Source: Coriobacteriia bacterium (GTDB taxonomy: Bacteria; Actinomycetota; Coriobacteriia; Anaerosomatales; JAAXUF01). From it: a stretch of 64,000 bases of DNA. Positions 43,825-52,954 of the stretch are shown here, in pieces (position 1 is the stretch's first letter; the number at the start of each line of letters is the position of its first letter). The notes beneath the pieces were generated by a model. It was not told where the DNA came from and did not search any database. It saw nothing but the letters and a program-made list of their open reading frames with translations. The stretch spans positions 311 to 64,310 of the forward strand of contig JAAXUF010000009.1 in assembly GCA_013336165.1 (NCBI GenBank), read 5' to 3'. The translations under genes were made by a program, and so were the position numbers.

Positions 43825-43901
43825 CGGGCTGTAGCGCAGCTTGGTAGCGCATCTGCTTTGGGAGCAGAGGGTCGCAGGTTCAAATCCTGTCAGCCCGACC
43901 A
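43825..43901 (+). tRNA. tRNA-Pro (anticodon TGG)
   Basis: Acceptor CGGGCTG/CAGCCCG, anticodon loop TTTGGGA, T-arm GGTTCAAATCC, encoded CCA. Confidence 0.9.
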
Positions 43902-44357
43902 TGTGCAAATGAAGGCCCTTTCGGAGTCCATTTCGAGGACGCTGAAAGGGTCTTTCCACTGGTAGGACGCTATGTGACCGTCTTGTACGAGCAGGTTACA
44001 AAGTACCCCAGCGAGGATCTCGCGCCTTGTCTCCTCATCAGCGCAGGAAAAGTCGATATGCGCGCATGCCGCTTGCCGAGCCAAGCCTTCAACCTGCGCA
44101 GTCAGTCCGACAGGCTTCTCTGAGAGCGCCGAAAGACGGCGTTCCAAAGTGACTCTCTCGGTTTCGAGTTCGGCGGACTTCGCGGTGTATGTCGCCTTGT
44201 CGATTACGGCATCCAGCAATGAATTCAAGAGGGCAGCGGACCGGCGCTGGTTGGCATCAAGAGCGCGGCGGATAGTCTGGCGCTGTTCGTCGAAGGCGAC
44301 CATACATCGTTGCGCGAACCCTCGCGTGAGAAGAGGGCATCGCATGTGATCACGCAA
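43890..44357 (-). pseudogene. C-terminal remnant of a large serine recombinase, overlapping the tRNA-Pro 3' end
   Basis: Coiled-coil segment (...AELETERVTLERRLSAL...) followed by ...REILAGVLCNLLVQDGHIASYQWKDPF, which resembles large-serine-recombinase C-termini. The N-terminal catalytic and recombinase domains are absent. Confidence 0.45.
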
Positions 44358-44479
44358 AGGCCGGAGAGCTTCCTCCGGCCTTTGCGCTCATCGATTCTAC
44401 GCGACGGCTTCGTCGTGGCGCCGATGAACCCGAGCCGAGTTCTTCCTCGACGGGCGCGATTCACCAAGTGGGTCTCCGC

Positions 44480-46579
44480 CTACGGCAGTGTGCGTACCTT
44501 CGGCTCGCGCGCCCACTGGCGAGTCTTTGCTGCCTTGATGAAAGCTTTGGGGTCGGCGGCGTCGATGACGCCTGCGTCGGCAGTGACGCCGGCGGTCTTG
44601 AGGAGTGCCTTGGCACCTTCGTCGGCGGCGATGGCCTTGAGGTGGCCGAATGCATCCCGCACGAAGTCAACCGCGGCACCTTCCTTGGCAAGCTGCTTCG
44701 CGCTTACGTCGGACAGGATCACCGCCACCGCGTCGAAGATCACCGACGGCGTCCCGGCGAGTTGGTTCTCGATAACCTCGGACTTGCCGCCTCCGAGCTT
44801 GACCTCGCCGATCTTGGGCGCCACCACCTTGACGACGGCCCCGGCAGCGTGCGCCGCCTTCCGGATCGCGTCAATCGCCGCGCTGTCGGATCCGTTGGCA
44901 ATGAGAATGCCCACTGAACGACCCTTGAGCGTGTCCTTCATCTTGCTAATGAGGCCCAACGGGGGCGATTTCGCCAAGTCTTGAATGTGGGCTGCCGCTT
45001 GAGGAGCTGCCGGAAGCGTAGCCATATTCAAGCCGGTGGCGACGCGTTTGGCCAGTGAGGCGTCAATGTTGCGCAGGTGTCCGACAATCGCTTCTCGCAC
45101 GTGTGGCGTCTGCACCTTGGACAGTTCAAACACGTACGCCGATACGATGTGAGCCTGCTCCGCGGGGCTCTGGCTGCGGTAGAACTGGCGGGGTTGGCTG
45201 TAGTGATCGGCGAAGCTTGCCGGCCGAATGCGGCGCTTGAGCCCGTGATCGATGGAGACCGCGGCGCTAGCGAATCCGTGGGGGGACTCGAGGGGCCGAT
45301 CTGGCTCGAGTGACTGCGGCTCGTAGTTGGTTCGGCCGCTTGGCACCGCCATCTGCATGTGCCCGTCGCGCTGGTTGTTGGTCACGGGGCACTTGGGTGA
45401 GTTGATCGGGATCTGGTGGAAGTTCACTCCGCCAAGACGTGAGAGCTGCGTGTCGGTATAGGAGAAAAGCCGACCCTGCAGGAGCGGGTCGTTGCTGAAG
45501 TCCATGCCCGGCACGATGTTGGCGGGGCAGAAGGCGACCTGCTCGGTTTCGGCGAAGAAGTTGTCGGGCCAGCGGTTGAGCACCATGCGCCCGACGGGCG
45601 TGAGCGGCACGAGTTCCTCCGGGATCAGTTTCGTGGGGTCGAGATGGTCGAAGGGGAAGCCGTCCGCCTCTTCCGGCGTGAACAGCTGGACGAAAAGCTC
45701 CCACTCGGGAAACGCGCCAGCTTGAATGCTGTCAAACATGTCGCGGCGGTGGAAGTCCGGATCCGCGCCGGCGAGTTTGACTGCCTCATCCCAGAGGGTG
45801 GACTGCAGCCCGAGCTTGGGGCGCCAATGGAACTTAACGAACGTGCTGTAGCCCGAACGGTCGATGAACCGGAAGCTGTGGACGCCGAATCCCTCGATCA
45901 TGCGCAAGGAGCGGGGAATCGTGCGGTCCGACATCGCCCAAATGACCGCGTGCATCGACTCAGGCGTGAGCGAGACGAAATCCCAGAAGGTGTCGTGTGC
46001 ACTTGCGGCCTGCGGGAACCCACGATCCGGCTCCATCTTCACGGCGTGGACGAAGTCAGGGAACTTGATGGCATCCTGGATGAAGAAGACCGGAACGTTG
46101 TTGCCCACGAGGTCCAGGTTGCCTTCCTCTGTGTAGAACTTAACGGCGAAGCCACGTATGTCGCGGGGAGTGTCGACTGATCCCGATCCGCCAGCGACGG
46201 TTGAGAAGCGAGCAAAGACCGGGACTTTGACGCCGACCTGGGTGAAGATCTTCGCGGTCGTGACCTTGCTCAGCGAGTTCGTAAGCTCGAAGAAGCCGTG
46301 CACTCCCGTGCCACGCGCGTGTACGATGCGCTCTGGGATGCGCTCGTGGTCGAAGTGCATGATCTTCTCTCGGAGGACGAAGTCCTCGAGCAATGTCGGC
46401 CCATGATCTCCGGCGTGCAGCGAGTTCTGGTCGTCCGACACTTGGACGCCTTGGTTTGTCGTTAGCGGAGGGTGTTCTCCTCCGGCGTGTTGGTGCAACT
46501 CACCGGCGTTACCGGTTTCGCGGGCACCTATCCCTGCCGCGTGCTTGCCCTTGGCGGGCACCTTCTTCTGGGCACTCAT
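44480..46579 (-). CDS. katE: Large-subunit monofunctional catalase (HPII type)
   Basis: [35 protein letters not shown], and a ~150-aa C-terminal DJ-1/flavodoxin-like extension. Start at the second ATG after AGGAGG. Confidence 0.95.
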   Translation of the reverse strand: MSAQKKVPAKGKHAAGIGARETGNAGELHQHAGGEHPPLTTNQGVQVSDDQNSLHAGDHGPTLLEDFVLREKIMHFDHERIPERIVHARGTGVHGFFELTNSLSKVTTAKIFTQVGVKVPVFARFSTVAGGSGSVDTPRDIRGFAVKFYTEEGNLDLVGNNVPVFFIQDAIKFPDFVHAVKMEPDRGFPQAASAHDTFWDFVSLTPESMHAVIWAMSDRTIPRSLRMIEGFGVHSFRFIDRSGYSTFVKFHWRPKLGLQSTLWDEAVKLAGADPDFHRRDMFDSIQAGAFPEWELFVQLFTPEEADGFPFDHLDPTKLIPEELVPLTPVGRMVLNRWPDNFFAETEQVAFCPANIVPGMDFSNDPLLQGRLFSYTDTQLSRLGGVNFHQIPINSPKCPVTNNQRDGHMQMAVPSGRTNYEPQSLEPDRPLESPHGFASAAVSIDHGLKRRIRPASFADHYSQPRQFYRSQSPAEQAHIVSAYVFELSKVQTPHVREAIVGHLRNIDASLAKRVATGLNMATLPAAPQAAAHIQDLAKSPPLGLISKMKDTLKGRSVGILIANGSDSAAIDAIRKAAHAAGAVVKVVAPKIGEVKLGGGKSEVIENQLAGTPSVIFDAVAVILSDVSAKQLAKEGAAVDFVRDAFGHLKAIAADEGAKALLKTAGVTADAGVIDAADPKAFIKAAKTRQWAREPKVRTLP

Positions 46580-46772
46580 CATGACCTCCTGCGTGTTGCA
46601 CTCTCCGCCGAGCCAAGCGACCCTGCCTGTCTTACCTACCCATGAGAGATCTGCGAGAATCGCGACATAGCGAGCGGCATCATTCTCCCCGCCGGTCGCG
46701 CAGTCAGGTGGCGTGACGTGCGGCGGACGTGACCGGGACATCGGTTTGCAGCTGATCCCGTGCCGATCAAAC

Positions 46773-46801
46773 AAGAAGGGTACCCGTGGGGTGCCCTTCT
46801 T
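46773..46801 (-). terminator. Hairpin terminator between the secreted-protein gene and katE
   Basis: AAGAAGGGTACCC / GGGTGCCCTTCTT stem. On the minus strand it is followed by GTTTGAT. Confidence 0.4.
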
Positions 46802-46836
46802 GTGAGTACGCCTCTATCGGAGGAACGGCCCTGATC

Positions 46837-47271
46837 TTACCGCAGGCCGAACAACCCCCTGAAGCGCTCAACGAAGTTGTTGAAAAGATTGCTAATTCTG
46901 GCGCTGATCTCCGCCGGCACGTTGGTGTCGTTTCCGATGCACACTTCGTTCTGTGCGAGCACGCGCTGGGCATAGGCGGATGGGTTGGCGGGGGTCATGG
47001 CCGGCTCAGGCTGCATACTTGCTACCTGCGAGCGAACCTGATTCTGTCCCTGAGACTGAACGCCCGGAACCGTCGCCGGCACCTGCAAACCAGTGCCATC
47101 TTGCAGACGATCCTGTATGCAGTCAGGGACTTGGTCGCCGATGGGGTTCGTGCAGATTCCGGTTCCGGTACCCGTGCCTGCCGTTGTGCCGTTGCGGCCT
47201 GCGGCAAATGCGGGGACCGTCATGGACATCAGCAGGACCAACGTCAGTGCGGCAAACAGTGTTCGTTTCAT
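46837..47271 (-). CDS. Secreted low-complexity (Gly/Thr/Gln-rich) protein
   Basis: Signal peptide MKRTLFAALTLVLLMSMTVPAFA. Last gene of the ECF sigma/anti-sigma operon. Confidence 0.6.
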   Translation of the reverse strand: MKRTLFAALTLVLLMSMTVPAFAAGRNGTTAGTGTGTGICTNPIGDQVPDCIQDRLQDGTGLQVPATVPGVQSQGQNQVRSQVASMQPEPAMTPANPSAYAQRVLAQNEVCIGNDTNVPAEISARISNLFNNFVERFRGLFGLR

Positions 47272-47348
47272 GGGGTGTCCCTTCGTTGCGTTATGTGCTC
47301 TCACTCAAGAGAACGCGCCGAGGCATTACCGCGTTACGGGTGGTCCTG

Positions 47349-48110
47349 CTAATTCCCGAGGCCTCGTTGGGTGCCGTTCTGCTGAATTTGTCCGCCGGAT
47401 CCTGCTGAGCCGGTGCTGCTGTCAGATCCTGAGACGCCGCCGCCTGATCCGCTTCCTGAGGAGCCGGAGCCCGGGGCTGGCTCCTGGGGCGTACCGCTGC
47501 CGCCAGAAGAACCGGCGCCTTCATTCGAAGGACCCGCGCTGCCGGCGCCCTGCTGAGCGTCGTTCTCGGCCGAGATGGCCTTCTCGATCGCAGTCTGTGC
47601 CCAATCGGGAACCTCACCGATACGGCTCTGTATACGCAAGAGTTCCTGTTCCTGAAGTCCGGTCACACCGCCAGCGATGTGCACACTGTCGCGCAACTGC
47701 TCAAGCACACCCGCAACATCGGCCTGGGTTGCGCCCGTCCGGCGGGCGAGAGCGCCTGCCTCTTCAGCCCGCCGTTCCGCCAACCCGACGAGCACCTGCC
47801 GCTCCAGCGAACCTGTCGGTAGCACCGCGACGATCGCGTTCTCTACCGCACGCTTGACGGGATAGAGCGTGCTGCCGGGGAGCGACCCGTTGGCTGCATA
47901 CGCCACACCACCGCCGAATAGGACGGTAGCCGCTGTCACCGCCGCCGCGATGCGTCGCGATTGCGCCAAGAAGAAGCCAGACCGTGTTCGTGGCTGAATC
48001 GTGCTCATCACGCGCCGACGCACATCGGCACGTGCCTGATCCGGCATCGACTCGGCGGCCGTTCGGAGCGCTGTCACAGGCATGTGCTCGAAATCCTCAT
48101 GCGTTTCCAT
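47349..48110 (-). CDS. Anti-sigma factor-like membrane protein (DUF5667-type extracytoplasmic domain)
   Basis: Short cytoplasmic N-terminus, one transmembrane helix, LPGS.LYP.KR..E pattern, and a Gly/Ser-rich tail. Overlaps the sigma-factor stop by 14 nt. Confidence 0.65.
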   Translation of the reverse strand: METHEDFEHMPVTALRTAAESMPDQARADVRRRVMSTIQPRTRSGFFLAQSRRIAAAVTAATVLFGGGVAYAANGSLPGSTLYPVKRAVENAIVAVLPTGSLERQVLVGLAERRAEEAGALARRTGATQADVAGVLEQLRDSVHIAGGVTGLQEQELLRIQSRIGEVPDWAQTAIEKAISAENDAQQGAGSAGPSNEGAGSSGGSGTPQEPAPGSGSSGSGSGGGVSGSDSSTGSAGSGGQIQQNGTQRGLGN

Positions 48111-48657
48111 ATGAGCTATCCTCCTGCAATATGCGAGCGAGCGATTTGACCGCCCGATGCTGAAGTTGCTTCACAGCATTCTCATTCTTACCGAGAGACT
48201 CGGCCGTCTCCTTGATGCTCAAGTCCCACCAGTAGCGAAGCGCGATGACTGAGGCCTGTTCTTCTGTGAGCAATCGCACTGCGCTCCGGAGCATCTCGGC
48301 ATCCGCGCGCGCTACCGCGAGCACTTCGGCGCTGTCTGCCCACACCGTATCGTCAGGCGCGCCATCGGTGGGGATCGGCCTTCGCTCGCCGCGCCGGTAC
48401 TCATCGACCGCGGCGTTGCGAGCGATGCGGAAGAGCCACGCCGAGAACGGCACTCCGTTGTTGTCGTACGATCCGAGTGATTCCCATACTTTGAGGAACA
48501 CGGTTGCAGTCACATCCTCGGCATCGTGTGCCGAACTCGTGCGCGATCGTACGAACGCGTACACCCTGTTGGCGTATTCGTCGTAGAGTCTGCCGAAGGC
48601 GATGCTATCGCCCTTCTTGGCTCTGGCGATCAGCCGCGTGAGCTTCTTCTCCGTCAC
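48097..48657 (-). CDS. ECF-type RNA polymerase sigma factor
   Basis: Region 2 (F..LY.....VY.F......A.DV....FLK.W) and region 4 (...VI.LRY...LS..E.A..LG......K.L..RA...L). Confidence 0.9.
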   Translation of the reverse strand: MTEKKLTRLIARAKKGDSIAFGRLYDEYANRVYAFVRSRTSSAHDAEDVTATVFLKVWESLGSYDNNGVPFSAWLFRIARNAAVDEYRRGERRPIPTDGAPDDTVWADSAEVLAVARADAEMLRSAVRLLTEEQASVIALRYWWDLSIKETAESLGKNENAVKQLQHRAVKSLARILQEDSSYGNA

Positions 48658-48901
48658 ATGGTTTCCTGCCTGCTGGTTCCTATGGGGGTAACGTTTCGAC
48701 GCAGAGCAAGGTTACGGGAGACGACAACTCCGGTTGCAGCATGGCTCGCCCTTGTGGTCTGTGTGGGCCGCACCGCAGCGCTGTCTTACTCGAGGCTCAT
48801 GGTACACGCACCAGCTGTTCACGCCACATCACTAGGGAACTACAAGAGGTCCCGGGGGATGCCGCATGCAAGAAAGGGCGAGTCGGGGCGAAGCGTGAAC
48901 G

Positions 48902-48930
48902 TTGACATATACATGCGATGAACATACAAT
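48902..48930 (+). promoter_or_regulatory. Near-consensus sigma70 promoter (TTGACA-N17-TACAAT)
   Basis: TTGACA 48902-48907, 17-nt spacer, TACAAT 48925-48930. Sits in a conspicuously AT-rich patch about 90 nt upstream of the phosphoribosyltransferase ATG. Confidence 0.55.
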
Positions 48931-49019
48931 GCATATAACAGCTATATGTAGATCGACCGATGTCCTGTCGATCGAGAGGCACAAATCGGACAGCAGGTTC
49001 TACGGATTGGAGGTGCGCT

Positions 49020-49655
49020 ATGTCAGTCGATAGGAGCGTCGCCGGTGAGAGGCTTGCACACACCCTGGCGCAAATAACGGACCGGACCGGCACCGTCGTC
49101 GTTGGAATCCCGAAAGGCGGCGCTTTGGTGGGCGCCACAGTCGCGTTAGGCTTGGGCGTAGCTTACGAGTGCGTGCCAGTCTGTCGCATAGGCGTCCCAT
49201 GCTTTCCCGAACTCACGCTGGGTGCGATAGATCCCGACGGCTTTGCTACAGTCGATCCGCACACTCAGCTCACTCGATATGAGCTGACGAGATCACGAGG
49301 CGAACTGGCGCAGCACCTTCGCAGTGAGACCGACCGCTGCCGAGGAGGCCGTGAGTTCGTGGACCTCGAAGGACGCAACGTGATAGTCGTCGACGACATG
49401 GCCGAGACCTATCTCGTTGCACAGTCCGCAGCGGAGTACATGCGGCGTCACGGCGCCTCCCGGGTTGTCTTTGCCTCACCGGTGGGGTCGGATGACGCGA
49501 TGCCGCGTCTGCGCGAACTCTACGACGACGTCGTCGTTGGCAGGGTAGTACCTCGGACCGCTGTTCTGAGTTTCTACTCAGGCGAGCTTCCGAGCGAAGA
49601 GGAGATTCACGAGTGTATGGGGCGTGCCTGGGACGCATCGCCAGCGGCTGGGTGA
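49020..49655 (+). CDS. Type I phosphoribosyltransferase-family protein
   Basis: VVVGIPKGGA and the PRPP loop VIVVDDMAET. RBS GGAGG. Confidence 0.75.
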   Translation: MSVDRSVAGERLAHTLAQITDRTGTVVVGIPKGGALVGATVALGLGVAYECVPVCRIGVPCFPELTLGAIDPDGFATVDPHTQLTRYELTRSRGELAQHLRSETDRCRGGREFVDLEGRNVIVVDDMAETYLVAQSAAEYMRRHGASRVVFASPVGSDDAMPRLRELYDDVVVGRVVPRTAVLSFYSGELPSEEEIHECMGRAWDASPAAG

Positions 49656-49748
49656 GATACTGTGATCCGGTGAAGACGGCTTGATTGCCTCGCAAGTAGT
49701 CGACATCTAGCGTGGATGCAGGATCACGACGGATTAGGAGCGCACAGT

Positions 49749-50207
49749 ATGACTGGTGAGGATCTGCGATGCTGCGAAGTTGAGGACAACGAGCGTGCGG
49801 GTCGACGCTGCTGCGGCCGAGGCCATGCAGGCGGCGGTGGAGGGCATGGCACGCTTGTTGAGCCGGCTGCGATTGCGGCCCTCCTTACCGGGGGGAGCCA
49901 CGGCTATGACCTGCAACGGATCATCCTTGAGATGACCGATGGCCAAGTCGATGCGGACGCGGGGGGACTATACCGCGTGTTGCGCCGACTTGAGGGTGAG
50001 GGCTACGCAGTATCGGCATGGTGTGAGGAGGGTTCGGGCCCACGGCGTCGTGACTATGAGCTCACAAGCGAGGGTCTTGAGCTTGCGCGGCATTGGATTC
50101 AGCACTTACGAGAGCGCGAGACGGTGGCGGGCCTGCTTGCTGGTCTGCTGGAGAGCGGGCTCGTCGAGAACGACGGGGACCGATCGGCAGAAAGTGCTCA
50201 GCAATGA
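49749..50207 (+). CDS. PadR-family regulator with Cys-rich N-terminal extension
   Basis: Winged helix ...GGSHGYDL...GLYRVLRRLEGEGY......E..GPRRRDYELT.EG. N-terminus contains RCCEV....RRCCGRGH. Confidence 0.8.
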   Translation: MTGEDLRCCEVEDNERAGRRCCGRGHAGGGGGHGTLVEPAAIAALLTGGSHGYDLQRIILEMTDGQVDADAGGLYRVLRRLEGEGYAVSAWCEEGSGPRRRDYELTSEGLELARHWIQHLRERETVAGLLAGLLESGLVENDGDRSAESAQQ

Positions 50208-50563
50208 AGGTCGCCATCAGCGCGTTGGAGCCCACACTCGAGTCGAGAGTCGATGAACGCTTTGGCAGGGCAGCGCATCTGTTGATTGTCGACACAGAAA
50301 CGCTTGAGTTGGAGGTCCTCGACAACAAAGTGAACCAGCAGGCGCTCAAAGGCGCCGGCTTCGGCGCAGCGGAGGCCGTATGTGGACACGGGGCTGAGGC
50401 CGTGCTGACCGGTCATCTCGGGCCGAATGCGTACAAGGCCCTGCAAGCGGCAGGTGTACGGGGCTATGGCGCGGCAACCCTGACCGTGAGGGAGGCCATT
50501 GATCGGTTCAACTCGGCCTCGCTCGAACCGCTTTCTGAGGGCGAAAGCCATGTGGGGATGTAG
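50204..50563 (+). CDS. NifB/NifX-family (dinitrogenase FeMo-cofactor-binding domain) protein
   Basis: MKVAIS........V.ERFGRA..LLIVD......EV..N.......GAG..AAE.V...GAEAVLTG..GPNA. ATG overlaps the PadR stop (ATGA). Confidence 0.75.
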   Translation: MKVAISALEPTLESRVDERFGRAAHLLIVDTETLELEVLDNKVNQQALKGAGFGAAEAVCGHGAEAVLTGHLGPNAYKALQAAGVRGYGAATLTVREAIDRFNSASLEPLSEGESHVGM

Positions 50564-50625
50564 TTCGTTGGGTAACTCAGCCGGACCACTGATGGCTCCG
50601 GACCGACAGATGAGAGGATATGCGC

Positions 50626-51009
50626 ATGAGTGACCGAATCAGGCTTGCTGTTCCGACGGTTGGCGAAGGTGGATTGAAGGCGGAGCGCTCGGGGCATTTT
50701 GGGCACTGCGACTGTTTCACCGTGATCGACATGGAGAATGGCGAGATAGTCGAGGTTTCCGTTGTCGGCAACCCCCCTCATGTCGAGGGTGGCTGCCTGG
50801 CACCTGTCAATCTTCTCGCCTCCCACGGCGTCAACGCGCTCGTGGCCGGCGGTATGGGTGCGCGTCCACTCATGGGATTCAAGGACGTGGGCATCAGGGT
50901 GTTCTTCGACAACCAGACGCCGGGCGTGGGCGATGTCGTGAGTAGAGTTCTGCAAGGCGAGTTGCCGGTCATGGAGCTGGACAACGCCTGCGGCGGCGGA
51001 AACCACTAG
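50626..51009 (+). CDS. NifB/NifX-family (FeMo-cofactor-binding domain) protein, second copy
   Basis: IRLAVPT........SGHFGHCDCFTVIDMENGEIV.......PPH.EGGC..PV.LL...GVNALVAGGMG.RP. Confidence 0.75.
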   Translation: MSDRIRLAVPTVGEGGLKAERSGHFGHCDCFTVIDMENGEIVEVSVVGNPPHVEGGCLAPVNLLASHGVNALVAGGMGARPLMGFKDVGIRVFFDNQTPGVGDVVSRVLQGELPVMELDNACGGGNH

Positions 51010-51026
51010 CTGCTGTGAGAGGCAGC

Positions 51027-51947
51027 ATGAGCGCCCAAGCCGATCATTTCACGCTGGCGGTGGCCTCGGGCAAGGGGGGTACCGGCAAGACGCTGGTCTC
51101 GAGCAATCTTGCTGCAATGGTCGCCGCCAGCGGACTCGCGACGACGCTTGTCGACTGCGATGTTGAGGCGCCGAACGACCACCTCTTCTTCGACGTGAGC
51201 GCCGAGGTGACGTTGCGGGTCGACGCGTTGGTCGCAGAGGTCGACTCGACGGCCTGCACGGCGTGCGGCGTGTGCCGAAATGCTTGCGCCTATGGAGCGT
51301 CGCGCATCTTCGGTCCTTCGGCAATCGTATTCGACGAGTTGTGCCACGGTTGTGGGCTCTGCGTCGACATGTGCCCGACGGGGGCGATGCACGAAGTGGC
51401 GCGCCGTGTGGGCGAAGTGTGTGTTGGGGTACCCACCGCTAGGGACGGCTTAACGGTAGTGACCGGCCGGCTTGATGTGGGACAGGTCAAGGCACCGCTG
51501 GTGATTAGAGCAGCCCGCGAGGCCGGCCGTTCGTGCGGCGCCAGGTTCGTGGTGCTGGATGCGCCGCCTGGCGTGGCTTGTTCGGCGGTCGCCTCCATGC
51601 GCAACGCGGATGCATTGCTGCTTGTGACCGAGCCAACGCCGTTTGGACTGCACGACTTGGAGTTGAGCTTGCGCCTAGGGAGCGATCTGAGACTGCCGAT
51701 GGGCGTCTTCTTGAACCGCGACGCCGGCGAACCATCCGACGCTCTTGACCGCTTGGCTGAGCGCTATGGCGCGTCGATTCTGGGTCGTTTGCGTTTCGAC
51801 CGGCGGATCGCCGAGACCTACGCCCGCGGCGCGCTTGTGGTAGATGTCGTGCCCGGCGTGCGTGAGGTCTTGGCGGAAGCCTTCAGGAGCATACGCAGGC
51901 ATGCTGGCGCGAAGTCGCACGCGAACCGAGAGATAGTGCTTCGATGA
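51027..51947 (+). CDS. MinD/ParA-superfamily P-loop ATPase with inserted 2x[4Fe-4S] ferredoxin domain
   Basis: VASGKGGTGKT P-loop. CTACGVCRNACAYG and CHGCGLCVDMCPTG cluster motifs. Confidence 0.8.
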   Translation: MSAQADHFTLAVASGKGGTGKTLVSSNLAAMVAASGLATTLVDCDVEAPNDHLFFDVSAEVTLRVDALVAEVDSTACTACGVCRNACAYGASRIFGPSAIVFDELCHGCGLCVDMCPTGAMHEVARRVGEVCVGVPTARDGLTVVTGRLDVGQVKAPLVIRAAREAGRSCGARFVVLDAPPGVACSAVASMRNADALLLVTEPTPFGLHDLELSLRLGSDLRLPMGVFLNRDAGEPSDALDRLAERYGASILGRLRFDRRIAETYARGALVVDVVPGVREVLAEAFRSIRRHAGAKSHANREIVLR

Positions 51948-52843
51948 AGACAATCGTTGTGGCATCCGGCAAGGGCGGTACGGGGAAGACTACACTGGCT
52001 GCGCTGTTTGCCCACCTTGCTGCGCGCAAACGGGTGGTGGCTGTTGCCGACGCCGACGTTGAGGCATCGAACCTTCCGCTCGCTCTGCACGCCCACGAAA
52101 TCATGCGTGAGCCGTTTGTTGGAGGGGCGCGAGCCGAGATTGATTCGAGCCTGTGCCGCAGCTGCGGGCTGTGCGACAGCGTCTGCAGGTTCGGGGCAAT
52201 CTCTGAAGGAGCCAACGCTCTGCGAGTGGTTGACCCGTGGGCATGCGAGGGATGCGGCTACTGTGCGCGCGTCTGCGTGGCCGAGGCCGTCCGAATGTGT
52301 TCTTCGAGCGCCGGCATAGCGTGTCTCGGCGAGAGTGCGGCGGGTCCGATCGCGTATGGGCAACTCGGCCCGGGCGAAGACCTTTCCGGGAAGCTCGTGA
52401 CCGAGGTGCGCCGGCTCGGAAAGGAAATCGCTGAGCGGGAGAGCGCACAGCTTCTGATCGTCGATGGCCCTCCCGGCGTGGGATGCCCCGTCATTGCCGC
52501 GATCACGAACACCGATCTGCTGGTGGCGGTTGCCGAGCCTACGATCTCAGGCGAGCACGATTTGTCGCGTCTGGTTGATCTAGCGAGCCGACTCGGCGTG
52601 CCTGTGGTGGTTGTGCTCAACAAGGCTGACCTCTCCACATCTGGCGCGGATCGTATTCGAGCGTTGGCGGAGAAGCACGAACTTCCGCTCCTTGCCGAGA
52701 TTCCCTTCGACGCTGCGCTGGGTCGCGCGTTGGAACGCATGGCGTTCGAACCTGCCGTAGCAATTCCGGCGGCAAACGGAGAGGGAATGCGCGCAATCGA
52801 AATCGCGTGGGGCGCACTGGAGAGTCATCTGGGGTTGACGTAA
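51944..52843 (+). CDS. MinD/ParA-superfamily P-loop ATPase with inserted 2x[4Fe-4S] ferredoxin domain (paralog)
   Basis: VASGKGGTGKTT. CRSCGLCDSVCRFG and CEGCGYCARVCVAE. Start overlaps the previous stop. Confidence 0.8.
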   Translation: MKTIVVASGKGGTGKTTLAALFAHLAARKRVVAVADADVEASNLPLALHAHEIMREPFVGGARAEIDSSLCRSCGLCDSVCRFGAISEGANALRVVDPWACEGCGYCARVCVAEAVRMCSSSAGIACLGESAAGPIAYGQLGPGEDLSGKLVTEVRRLGKEIAERESAQLLIVDGPPGVGCPVIAAITNTDLLVAVAEPTISGEHDLSRLVDLASRLGVPVVVVLNKADLSTSGADRIRALAEKHELPLLAEIPFDAALGRALERMAFEPAVAIPAANGEGMRAIEIAWGALESHLGLT

Positions 52844-52954
52844 CGGCGCCGGATGCGCTGTACACGCCGCAATTCATGCTGGGATAATCGGTTAGTCTAG
52901 AGCAAGAACGTCACGGTACTCGCCGTGACTCGACTGAGTCAAAGGAGGCTTACC

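Noticed and set aside
43890-44357. Could the recombinase remnant be the missing integron integrase?
   Set aside because: It resembles the C-terminus of a large serine recombinase, whereas IntI is a tyrosine recombinase. It is also 26 kb from the array and tied to tRNA-Pro.
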